The translations under genes and the position numbers were made by a program. Source: a bacterium (lineage in GTDB: Bacteria > UBA8248). From it: DNA of 64,000 bases. This document shows, in pieces, positions 41,044-49,887 of the stretch. The number at the start of each line of letters is the position of its first letter. The first letter of the stretch is position 1. The notes under the pieces are model-generated. The model had not been told where the DNA came from. It saw only the letters and a program-made list of their open reading frames with translations, and did no database searches. Location: NCBI GenBank assembly GCA_965213625.1, contig CBDBZU010000004.1, positions 1,152,001-1,216,000 of the forward strand. The letters are read 5' to 3'.

Positions 41044-41961
41044 ATGGGCGTTACGTATTTCCACGAGGTGGAGGACGCCAACGAACCTTTACTTATACTG
41101 GCGTTTTCTGGATGGAATGATGCGGCCGAGTCTGCAACGGCAGCCGCACGCTATCTGGTTCAACATTTTCAGGGAAAACGAGTAGCGCAAATCCAGCCAG
41201 ATGAATTTTTCCAATTTGCGGATCAGAGGCCTACAGTTAAGCTCAGCGAATCCGGTGAGCGACGAATTACTTGGCCCCAGAACGAATTTTTCTATTGTCG
41301 AGCACCTGGTTTAGCACGGGATCTCATTGTTGGGATCGGTACCGAGCCCCATTTGAAATGGAAACACTTTAGCCGCGATGTTCTTGCGATAGGCAACCAC
41401 TACAATGCGCAAATGATTGTGACGATGGGGGCGTTGCTTGCGGGAGATCTTCATACCCAGCCCAGTCATTTGATGGCCATTGCGACCGATCCGCTATTGG
41501 TAAAACCCTCAGGGGTGGATATTACGCGCTATGAAGGTCCTACTGGAATCGTGGGAGTCATTCATACGCTCATGCAGGATGAGGGTTTTCCGGCAGTGAG
41601 TTTGTGGGTGAATGTGCCACACTACATTGCATCCCTATCCAACCCAAAAGCAACACGGGCTCTGTTGGACAAATTGAGCAATTTGGGTGGATTTAAAATA
41701 TCCTTGGATGATTTCGAGATCGCCATCGATACATTTGATGGACAGGTTGAGCAAATTATCGCCAAAGATCCTCGCATTGCCAAATATGTGGAGGATATTC
41801 AAAAAGGCCAGATTCCTGATGAGATCCCAGGGGTAGATTTTGAAGATACGTTCGAAGGAGAACCCGAGGAAGAGGAAGGAAAGTTGCCTCCCGGCGCCGA
41901 GGTAGCAGATGAGATTGAGCGCTTGCTCCGAAGAAAATCCAATGGACCGGAATCAAATTGA
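41044..41961 (+). CDS. PAC2 (proteasome assembly chaperone-like) family protein
   Basis: AFSGWNDAAESAT, F...RPTV, GTEPHLKW, YEGPTGIVGV and LWVNVPHYI...PKAT.ALL. Confidence 0.85.
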   Translation: MGVTYFHEVEDANEPLLILAFSGWNDAAESATAAARYLVQHFQGKRVAQIQPDEFFQFADQRPTVKLSESGERRITWPQNEFFYCRAPGLARDLIVGIGTEPHLKWKHFSRDVLAIGNHYNAQMIVTMGALLAGDLHTQPSHLMAIATDPLLVKPSGVDITRYEGPTGIVGVIHTLMQDEGFPAVSLWVNVPHYIASLSNPKATRALLDKLSNLGGFKISLDDFEIAIDTFDGQVEQIIAKDPRIAKYVEDIQKGQIPDEIPGVDFEDTFEGEPEEEEGKLPPGAEVADEIERLLRRKSNGPESN

Positions 41962-42045
41962 GTAATTGACGTCTGTATCTTTGCTATCATGTAAATCAAT
42001 TTCATCATTTCGAAAACTTAAGTCTTTCAGGAGCGGAGGTTTGTG

Positions 42046-44376
42046 ATGTCGGAACGTTTTTACCAAGAGATGTTCGGTGGACCTGATGATGATGGTGATC
42101 TCATAGGCGTCGACATGCCTAGAGTAGATGGTCCACCCAAAGCGGATGGTTCTCCCGTATTCTCTGCAGACCATAAATTAATCAATCCGCTCTATGTTGT
42201 TCCTGTGACGGCTCCCATTGCCTGTGGAACGCTGGAGCGAGTGGATACTGCCGAGGCGGAAAATGCGCCGGGTGTCGCCTGTGTCCTTACGGCAAATGAC
42301 ATTCCTGGCCAGAAACTCTACGGGATGTTGATTCCCGATCAGCCGGTTTTGGTGGAAGAGCACATCTTTTCACTTCAAGATGTCGTAGCCATTGTGGCGG
42401 CGGACACGCTGGAGCAGGCGGAGTTCGCAGCCGGTTTGGTGCACATGAAAACAAAAGCGCTTCCGGCCGTTTTTGAAACCCAAGACGCCTTGAAAGATGA
42501 TGCCCCCATCGTTCAGCCTGATCATCCGGTGGCAAAAGGAAATGTGCTGACCCACTTGAAGATCCGCAAGGGAGACGTAGAAAAAGGTTTCGCCGAGGCG
42601 GATGTAATTCTGGAAAATACATACGAAACCCAGTTCATCGATCATGCTTACCTCGAACCCGATGCGGGCTATGTGGTTCCCAATCCCGATGGTTCCATCA
42701 CCTGCACAGGGCCAACCCAGTGCCCGCATATGGTGAGGCGTGTCATCGCTCCGGTGTTGGGATTAGGACAAAACGAGATTCAGTTCATATCTACCCCGCC
42801 GGGTGGGGGATTTGGAGGAAAAGAAGAAACCTCCATCGAGATCGCCATGCGGGCGGGCTTGGTAGCGCTCAAGACAAGTCGTCCGACCATCTACAACTAC
42901 ACGAGGGAAGAATCTCTGGGCGGCAAGGCGAAACGAGTGCCTGCGGTGATCCAACATAAAATCGGCGCCAAGAAAGACGGCAAGATTACCGCTATGCGCA
43001 TCCATATATATCTCAACAAAGGTCCGTACGCCGCGGTAGGTCCAGGCATCATCAAAAAGCTCATCATCCATTCCTCCGGCGCTTATGAATGCGACAACGT
43101 TTGGGCCGATGGCTACCTCGTGCTCACGAACAACATCAATACCTGCGCCATGCGCGGTTTGGGCGTTCCTCAGGTTCACTTCGCGATTGAGAGTCAGATG
43201 GACGAACTGGCCCTCTCGCTAGAAATGGATCCCTTCGAACTGAGGCGATTGAACGGTTATAAGCTCGGTTCATCCACCGCAACACGCCAGGTGCTGGACC
43301 AAAGTGTGGGTTACATGGATTGTCTCGATGAAGCGGAAAATGCGCTCGGTCCGCACCCGCGAGTAAACGCGAACGGCGATGGCCTGTTGTATGGCCGTGG
43401 TATGGCGGGATTTTGGTATTCCACGGGCGCCGCATCGCCCTCGGATTCCTGTGGCGCTCAGGTACATGTCACTGACGATGGAAAAGTTCAGGTAGGGGTT
43501 GGAATCATTGAACTCGGGCAGGGTTCGCACACGGTGCTCGCCCAGATTGCGGCGGAAGCGATGGGCGTGCGCTTTGAGGATGTGCGCATCATGCAGGTGG
43601 ATACAGATGCCGTTCCAGAAAGTGGTTTTACGGCGGGCTCACGCTCCACAACGATTCCCGGCAATGCAATATGCGAGGCTATCGCGGAGGTTCGGGGAAT
43701 CCTGGCCCCTGTAGCGGCGGAAATGCTCGAAGGGCCGGCCGAAGATATAGCTTTCAAGAATGGGAGAGTTTTCATCAAAAGCGCGCCTGAGCGTTCAATC
43801 TCTTTTGGTGAAGTGGTCTCACAGGCGCTTCTGGTCGGCAAGCAGATTACCGGCCAGGGCTGGTTCAGTACAGGGCCATTGACGTTTAACCCCGAAACCG
43901 GGGAAGGCGAGCCGTTCATGGTGTATAGCTATGGCGTACAAGTAGCGGACGTAGCGGTTGACCCGAGTACGGGAGAGGTTTGGGTGCGGCGAATGGTTGC
44001 GGCCCATGATGTGGGACGGGCCATCAACCCCCAAGGGGTGACTGGGCAGATAGAAGGGGGTATCGAAATGGGGCTTGGGCAAGCCTTAATCGAGGAAATT
44101 GACGTGCATGACGGTCGCGTACTTACGCCGGATCTGGCGCGGTATGAGATTCCTGTTTCAATGGATACACCCGAGTTCACCACCATTATCGTGGAAGCGG
44201 CTAATGCAACAGGACCCTATGGCGCCAAGGGTGTGGGAGAAAGTTCTTTGGTGCCCACTTTGGCCGCGATTTCCAATGCTGTGCGGGATGCAGTCGGTCA
44301 TCGATTCACCAAGTTGCCTATCACTCCCGAGAGTGTCGCCATGGCCATTCATAGAGAAGGTGTCAGAGTAGGGTAA
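42046..44376 (+). CDS. Xanthine dehydrogenase/aldehyde oxidase family molybdopterin-binding (large) subunit
   Basis: DHAYLEP, GGGFGGKE, AMRGLGVPQ, ELGQG, AGSRST, DVGRAINP...GQIEGG and GAKGVGE. Confidence 0.92.
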   Translation: MSERFYQEMFGGPDDDGDLIGVDMPRVDGPPKADGSPVFSADHKLINPLYVVPVTAPIACGTLERVDTAEAENAPGVACVLTANDIPGQKLYGMLIPDQPVLVEEHIFSLQDVVAIVAADTLEQAEFAAGLVHMKTKALPAVFETQDALKDDAPIVQPDHPVAKGNVLTHLKIRKGDVEKGFAEADVILENTYETQFIDHAYLEPDAGYVVPNPDGSITCTGPTQCPHMVRRVIAPVLGLGQNEIQFISTPPGGGFGGKEETSIEIAMRAGLVALKTSRPTIYNYTREESLGGKAKRVPAVIQHKIGAKKDGKITAMRIHIYLNKGPYAAVGPGIIKKLIIHSSGAYECDNVWADGYLVLTNNINTCAMRGLGVPQVHFAIESQMDELALSLEMDPFELRRLNGYKLGSSTATRQVLDQSVGYMDCLDEAENALGPHPRVNANGDGLLYGRGMAGFWYSTGAASPSDSCGAQVHVTDDGKVQVGVGIIELGQGSHTVLAQIAAEAMGVRFEDVRIMQVDTDAVPESGFTAGSRSTTIPGNAICEAIAEVRGILAPVAAEMLEGPAEDIAFKNGRVFIKSAPERSISFGEVVSQALLVGKQITGQGWFSTGPLTFNPETGEGEPFMVYSYGVQVADVAVDPSTGEVWVRRMVAAHDVGRAINPQGVTGQIEGGIEMGLGQALIEEIDVHDGRVLTPDLARYEIPVSMDTPEFTTIIVEAANATGPYGAKGVGESSLVPTLAAISNAVRDAVGHRFTKLPITPESVAMAIHREGVRVG

Positions 44377-44390
44377 TCATACAGAAATCA

Positions 44391-44426
44391 AAAAGCCGGG
44401 CGGACTGCAATGCCCGGTTTTGTTTT
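44391..44426 (+). terminator. Intrinsic terminator-like hairpin after the molybdoenzyme gene
   Basis: AAAAGCCGGGC / GCCCGGTTTT stem followed by GTTTT. Confidence 0.65.
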
Positions 44427-44478
44427 GCTTTCAAAGCAAAAGAGAACATTATTTCCGGCCACAAGTGAGGTGAGCATA

Positions 44479-45546
44479 ATGCGGGCGTTCGTGATGGCGG
44501 CTGGTTATGGCAAAAGGCTGGGAGCATTGGGAGAGGAGATCCCCAAACCACTATTGCCTTTGGGCGGTGTGCCGCTAATTTGCTTTGCGCTCGAAAAATT
44601 GGCTTCTACCGGTGTCAAGGAGGCAGCGGTCAATTTACACCATGGCGCTGAGAAAATTCGCTCCACATTGTACGATTATGCGCACAGGGTCCATATCCGT
44701 TATTTTCATGAACCTGAGATTTTAGGCACTGCCGGAGGGCTCAAGAACGCGGAGGCGTTTTTGACCGAAAAGGACGAGCCTTTTTTCGTCATAAACGCGG
44801 ATGCCCCGTGTGGTGCTGATTTAAAAGCTGCGCTGGCCCATCATCAAAAAGGAGATTTCCTCGCCACGCTCATCCTTAGGCGGTCACCCGAGGCTAAAAA
44901 ATATGGGGTGCTCGAGTATGATGAGGCGGGGCGTTTGCGAAAATTTTTGAACGTTAGCGCGCCAGGGATGCCACAAGGCGCGCTGGACCAAGCGATGTTC
45001 ACCGGCTTGAGCATCATGTCTCCTGAAATGTTGAGTCATATCCCTGCGGGAGTGGCGTCGGATATTTCAACGCAGATTTATCCCCGGTTGATGGAAAAAG
45101 GAGCTCGAATCGGAGCGGTTTTGAGTGATTCCTATTGGATGGATGTCGGCACTCCGTCACGATATTTGCAGGCGAACATGGACGTCATGTCCGGCTCATT
45201 GGCGCCGGATTTCTGTTGGCCGCCAAAGGGGTTTTTGCTGATTGAAGGCCCATCCATGAAGTGGGGGCAGGGCAGCATTGAGCCTCCCGTTTATTTAGGA
45301 CCCGATGTTGTGATCAAAAAAGATGCGAAGGCGGGCCCCTTCACTACAATCATGGCGGGTGCTACTCTTGGAAATAACGCCGTAGCGCGACAATCCATAA
45401 TCTTTCCGGGTGGTATTATTGATGAAAATTCTATTTTGGATAGATGCATCATAGGGCCGGATGCGTTGGCCTCGTCTGGAGGCGGGGTAGTTAGTGAGAT
45501 GGTTTTTCTCCGGGATAGAGAGCAGGCGAAACTATGTGACTCATAA
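44479..45546 (+). CDS. NDP-sugar synthase / nucleotidyltransferase with C-terminal hexapeptide repeats (mannose-1-P guanylyltransferase/MurU-like)
   Basis: MAAGYGKRL...PKPLLP, EPEILGTAGG, VINAD, YWMDVGTP, and a C-terminal beta-helix; GAGGTG RBS before ATG 44479. Confidence 0.85.
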   Translation: MRAFVMAAGYGKRLGALGEEIPKPLLPLGGVPLICFALEKLASTGVKEAAVNLHHGAEKIRSTLYDYAHRVHIRYFHEPEILGTAGGLKNAEAFLTEKDEPFFVINADAPCGADLKAALAHHQKGDFLATLILRRSPEAKKYGVLEYDEAGRLRKFLNVSAPGMPQGALDQAMFTGLSIMSPEMLSHIPAGVASDISTQIYPRLMEKGARIGAVLSDSYWMDVGTPSRYLQANMDVMSGSLAPDFCWPPKGFLLIEGPSMKWGQGSIEPPVYLGPDVVIKKDAKAGPFTTIMAGATLGNNAVARQSIIFPGGIIDENSILDRCIIGPDALASSGGGVVSEMVFLRDREQAKLCDS

Positions 45547-45579
45547 AACGGTACAATTTTGCATCTCGTGAAGGAGTAG

Positions 45580-47190
45580 ATGTTGAAAGAGCCGACCACA
45601 AGAACATCTTTAGCCGCAGGACGCTCCCCTGTATTCGCTACGGGAGGCTTGGTGGCGACCAGCCAGCCATTGGCTGCCGAGGCGGGTATCCAAATCCTAA
45701 GAGAGGGCGGAAACGCAATGGACGCGGCAATCGCAACAGCCGCTGCGTTGAATGTCGTAGAACCGCAATCTACGGGTGTAGGCGGGGATATGTTCATGCT
45801 GTATTGGGATGCAGATGCGAAGAAGCTCCTGGGCCTGGACGGCAGCGGAAAGAGTCCGGCCAAGGCTACGTTCTCGCGCTACCAGGAATTTTCTTCCATG
45901 CCGGAGACGGGTATTTATTCATGTACCCTCCCGGGTGCTGTGGATGGCTGGTTCTCCGCCCACGAACGGTGCGGCAGCGGCAAGAAAACAATGCCGGAGC
46001 TCCTACAACCGGCGATTCAATATGCAGAAAATGGGTTTCCGCTGTCCCCCATCATTGGCCGTGCATGGGCCAATCAGACGGAAAAGCTGAAAAAATGTGA
46101 ATACTCGAGTCGGTTCTATCTACCTGCGGGGCGTCCACCGAAAGTTGGAGAAAGATTCCGAAACCCGAAGCTGGGAGATTCCTTGCGGATGATTGCCGAT
46201 GGTGGACGTGAGGTATTTTATGAAGGCCCGATAGCCGAGGAGATCGTTCGCTACACCAAGGAAATCGGGGGTTTGTTCGAATTGGAGGACTTTGCCGTCA
46301 CGAAATGTGAATGGGTGGAGCCGATTCGCGCAAACTATCGCGGATATGAACTTTGTGAGATTCCGCCCTCAGGGCAGGGTGTAACGGCGCTGATATGTCT
46401 GAATCTCATCGACGCATACCCTTTGGCGGAGATGAGTTACGGCTCGGTCGACCATCTCCACATCGTGATTGAAGCGATGAAACTGGCCTTTGAGGACAGA
46501 GATCGCTATGTAGCGGATATGGCAAAGGCGGATGTGCCACTAGATGGGCTTCTATCCCTGGGATATGCCGATGAGAGGCGAAAGCTCATTGATGAAGCGA
46601 AAGCCGGCAGTCCCGGGCCAGGAACCCCAAAAAACTGGAACGACACGATTTACCTCACTGTGGCGGACTCTCAGGGCAATATGTGCTCATTCATCAACAG
46701 CTTGTTTCATCATTTCGGCTCAGGTATCACCGGGGGAGAGACGGGCATCATGCTTCAGAACAGGGGTAGCGGCTTTGTGCGGGAAGAAGGCCACCCGAAC
46801 TGCATCGCGCCCGGGAAGCGGCCCTTGCACACTATCATTCCCGGTTTTGTGATGAAAGATGAAGAACCTTGGGTGAGTTTCGGCGTCATGGGAGGCGACA
46901 TGCAGCCGCAAGGCCATGTGCAGGTGCTCTCGAATATGGTGGATTTCGGCATGGACATCCAGGAGGCTATCGAGGCGCCACGTTTCCGCGTTTTGGGCGG
47001 TCGTGCGGTGGCGATTGAGAGCGGGGTGCCGGAAGCCGTGCTCCAGGAGTTGGAATTGCGTGGCCACGACGTCCGTCGCGCCGGCGGCTATGAGGGTTTT
47101 GGCGGCGGACAGGGAATTGTGCGGCTCGATGATGATGTATTCATGGGTGGTTCGGATCATCGAAGAGATGGATGTGCGGCTGGTTTCTAG
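45580..47190 (+). CDS. ggt: Gamma-glutamyltransferase family protein
   Basis: GGNAMDAAIA, VVEPQSTGVGGDMF, nucleophile Thr in DTIYLTVAD, LQNRGSGF, RPLHTIIP, FGVMGGDMQPQGH and GGSDHRRDG. Confidence 0.93.
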   Translation: MLKEPTTRTSLAAGRSPVFATGGLVATSQPLAAEAGIQILREGGNAMDAAIATAAALNVVEPQSTGVGGDMFMLYWDADAKKLLGLDGSGKSPAKATFSRYQEFSSMPETGIYSCTLPGAVDGWFSAHERCGSGKKTMPELLQPAIQYAENGFPLSPIIGRAWANQTEKLKKCEYSSRFYLPAGRPPKVGERFRNPKLGDSLRMIADGGREVFYEGPIAEEIVRYTKEIGGLFELEDFAVTKCEWVEPIRANYRGYELCEIPPSGQGVTALICLNLIDAYPLAEMSYGSVDHLHIVIEAMKLAFEDRDRYVADMAKADVPLDGLLSLGYADERRKLIDEAKAGSPGPGTPKNWNDTIYLTVADSQGNMCSFINSLFHHFGSGITGGETGIMLQNRGSGFVREEGHPNCIAPGKRPLHTIIPGFVMKDEEPWVSFGVMGGDMQPQGHVQVLSNMVDFGMDIQEAIEAPRFRVLGGRAVAIESGVPEAVLQELELRGHDVRRAGGYEGFGGGQGIVRLDDDVFMGGSDHRRDGCAAGF

Positions 47191-47246
47191 CCAATCTATG
47201 CAATCGTATTGAAGTGGTGGTTGGCAACGTCGAGAGGCTTTTCACC

Positions 47247-48089
47247 ATGAAACGTATTCTGGTGTTGATTTTAATTACGGGCACTTTTCTGACTGCTCGG
47301 CCTGCGGGGGCTGCATCCGATTGTCCGCTCAAGGGTCATCCCGTGGGCGATGGCCGCTGGACCCGGCGGCAATCCCTTCCATTGGATACGCGGGACGTTC
47401 GCATCCGGTTCGAAAACGGCGCGACCGCACGCCTGCAGGCGGTTCGTCTGCGGCATGAAGAGTTTGAATTCCGGCTACACTGGCGCGATAAATCTGAGTG
47501 GTTCTTGCCCGTCGACTCTGGCGCTCTCGGTGAAAAGCTGGGCGCCGCCGTTATTCTCAACGCCGGTTATTATGATGAAAACGGGCGTCCCATGGGATAT
47601 TTCCGTTCTGGCGGAAAAGTGTTCAACAGCCGCGTGTTGTATCGGGGCCGCAAGACCTTCCTGCATTACGGAGCGCTGTTCACGGTGGGGAGGAAAGACG
47701 GGGTGCCGAAAATCGTTTCACGCGAGAAATTCAAGGTTTCGCGCGTCAGCGAAGCGTTTCAGGCCGGGCCTCTGCTCGTGGAGGATTACAAGCCCGTTCA
47801 GGGGCTTTCCCGGTACCGGGAGTATTTGCGCGCCACGAGGAGGACGGTGGTCGGCTTGGACGCCAAGGGCCGGCTCGTCGTTCTGGTGAGCGAGGCCGAG
47901 ACGCGCGGCATCTCCTGGTGCGAGCTTCAGGAGTTTCTCGTGCTGCCCGAATCGAAGGGAGGCCTCGGCATTCGCGACGCCATGAACTTGGACGGCGGCT
48001 CGAGTTCGCAGTTGTGGGTAAAGGGCGGGATTGAGATTCCGGGGCGGCCCGCGCCGACCTATCTCGTCGCTGCGCCTCGGAGTCGATGA
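47247..48089 (+). CDS. Phosphodiester glycosidase (NAGPA) family secreted protein
   Basis: Signal peptide, LNAGYY, QAGPLLV, RRTVVG and AMNLDGGSSSQL. Confidence 0.82.
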   Translation: MKRILVLILITGTFLTARPAGAASDCPLKGHPVGDGRWTRRQSLPLDTRDVRIRFENGATARLQAVRLRHEEFEFRLHWRDKSEWFLPVDSGALGEKLGAAVILNAGYYDENGRPMGYFRSGGKVFNSRVLYRGRKTFLHYGALFTVGRKDGVPKIVSREKFKVSRVSEAFQAGPLLVEDYKPVQGLSRYREYLRATRRTVVGLDAKGRLVVLVSEAETRGISWCELQEFLVLPESKGGLGIRDAMNLDGGSSSQLWVKGGIEIPGRPAPTYLVAAPRSR

Positions 48090-48102
48090 GACGGCCACTG
48101 CG

Positions 48103-48572
48103 CGCAAATGCGGGCAAATGCGCGGGAGCCGGAAAACTTTTTTTGGTCTGGATCTTATTGCGCGGCGCTCAGGTAAATTAGGTAAAAAATTGTATTTCAA
48201 TAAGTTGCAGTTGATGTCCTTTTCATCAATTTATCGAAAAACCTCGTGAATTTATCGATATTTCTCGTATTATTCGGATGAGGCGCGAAAAATGCGAGAG
48301 CGTTTAACCAGACTGATGAAGGAGGGTTCGACGCGAGCGGGGAGCGATTTCTGCGCGCCGGTTGCGGAAAGAGGAATCGCCGACCGATTGCCGGGACTGG
48401 GGAAGAAGCGATTGCTCTTTGCGCGCCCCCGAAGAAGGACATATCGCATAGCCTGAAGCCGAATCGCCTGTTGTGTTTTGCCGCATCGTCCGAGCGCATG
48501 GGAACGCCCTCCTCGCGGCGCATCTTCCCGCATCCATGCAATAACGCAGTGACCGCAAATGCGGGCAATTGC
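48103..48572 (+). repeat. 19-bp direct repeat pair (18/19 identical) in the intergenic region
   Basis: CGCAAATGCGGGCAAATGC at 48103-48121 and CGCAAATGCGGGCAATTGC at 48554-48572. Confidence 0.8.
48228..48269 (+). repeat. Tandem 21-bp imperfect repeat AATTTATCGA-N5-CTCGT
   Basis: AATTTATCGAAAAACCTCGTG (48228-48248) followed by AATTTATCGATATTTCTCGTA (48249-48269). Confidence 0.75.
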
Positions 48573-48694
48573 AGGTGGAACCGACCAGGATGCGGGGTGG
48601 ATTGCGCCGGCCTGAAAATGTTCGATATCCTCAGGCGGCAGGATGATCGATTTTTAACCCGCCCGGATCGCGGGTATGACCGTGGAGACACCAC

Positions 48695-49480
48695 ATGCGT
48701 GACATGGAAGGAAAAATCGCCCTGGTGGCGGCGGGGAGCAAGGGCCTGGGCCGCGCCTCGGCGCTCAAGATGGCGTTGCGCGGCGCCAGCGTGGCCATTT
48801 GCGCAAGGGATGAGGCCGCCTGCGCTGAAGCCGGATCGGACATCGCGCGCGAGGCCGGCGTGGAAACCTGGTCTTGCGCGGCGGACGTGAGCACGACGGA
48901 GGGCGTGCGTAAGTTTGTTCACGGCGCGGCGGAGCATTTCGGCGGCGTGGATGTTCTGGTCTCGAACGCGGGCGGCCCGCCCCGCGGCGTCTTTGAGGAT
49001 TTCGAGGATGACGCCTGGTTCGAGGCCTTCGAGCTGAACGTCATGAGCGCGGTGCGCCTCGTCCGCGAGACGCTTCCGCACATGAGGGGGCGCGGCGGCG
49101 GGAGAATCCTCTTCATCCTTTCCAGTTCGGTGCGCGAACCCATCGACGACCTTCTGCTCTCGAACGTCATGCGGCCCGCTGTGGCCGGTCTGGCGAAATC
49201 CCTCTCCCGCGCACTGGGTACGGAGGACATTCTCGTGAACGTGGTCATCCCCGGCGTCATCAACACCGAGCGCGCGATGCAGGGTCGCGAATCCCTGGCG
49301 AAGCGCCTGGGCGTTACTCTTGAGGAATCGGTCGCCCGCGTGGAGCGCGAGGTGCCGCTGGGTCGTTTGGGGGAACCGGAGGAGTTCGGCGCGATGGTGG
49401 CGTTTCTCGCCTCGCCCGAGGCGAGTTACATCTCCGGCGGCGTGTTCGCCGTCGACGGCGGAAGGTTGCGGGCGATTTGA
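48695..49480 (+). CDS. Short-chain dehydrogenase/reductase (SDR)
   Basis: ALVAAGSKGLG, LVSNAGGPP, LSNVMRPAV (atypical SxxxR catalytic motif), VPLGRLGEPEE and SYISG...VDGG. Confidence 0.92.
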   Translation: MRDMEGKIALVAAGSKGLGRASALKMALRGASVAICARDEAACAEAGSDIAREAGVETWSCAADVSTTEGVRKFVHGAAEHFGGVDVLVSNAGGPPRGVFEDFEDDAWFEAFELNVMSAVRLVRETLPHMRGRGGGRILFILSSSVREPIDDLLLSNVMRPAVAGLAKSLSRALGTEDILVNVVIPGVINTERAMQGRESLAKRLGVTLEESVARVEREVPLGRLGEPEEFGAMVAFLASPEASYISGGVFAVDGGRLRAI

Positions 49481-49681
49481 GATCAATCTCGACCGATGAG
49501 GGAGAGATTGTGGACCAATGGGAGTGTTCCCTGCGGTTAAGAAATCGTGGCGTGATCGCCCCGAATTTAATCGTGCATTTCACTAAAATAGATATTTTCA
49601 GCAAATGATGAAATATACTGAAACACTGAAAAGGCAGAGTTCATGGCTGCCAAAGAGGGCTAGGTTTCGAGCAATTTGCCT

Positions 49682-49696
49682 TGGCGCGAATATGGC
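49682..49696 (+). promoter_or_regulatory. Possible sigma54 (-24/-12) promoter upstream of the OCD-hydantoinase unit
   Basis: TGGCGCG-AATA-TGGC with exact GG-N10-GC spacing (GG 49683-84, GC 49695-96), downstream of an AT-rich tract; the -12 element is imperfect. Confidence 0.35.
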
Positions 49697-49887
49697 CTTA
49701 CACTCGAATCTTCTCATTTGAAACGGATATACACGCGCGAGTCATTCCCCGAGTTGTCGGGGATGGCGTTTGAGCGCCGGGAAGGGGATGCTTGACGTTC
49801 CCAGTCGGCCCGCTCTTTCCGTGCGGGTGCAAGCAGCCGCGTTGTCCAATTTGATAACCGCGGTTCGCCAAGGGGAAAGGCGATTTC

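Noticed and set aside
48161-48188. dif-like site (TTAGGTAAAAA resembling a XerD arm); also CCTGCGCATAA near 11835 resembling a XerC arm
   Set aside because: In each case the partner arm does not match at the required 6-bp spacing, and gene orientation does not switch here.
48093-48410. Cobalamin-riboswitch-like words (GCCACTG and ACTGGGGAAG)
   Set aside because: The words are ~300 nt apart, other conserved elements are missing, and the downstream gene is not B12-related.
48197-49486. 429-aa minus-strand ORF spanning the SDR and the intergenic region
   Set aside because: Typical antisense ORF of SDR genes; its extension into the gap has no protein-like features.
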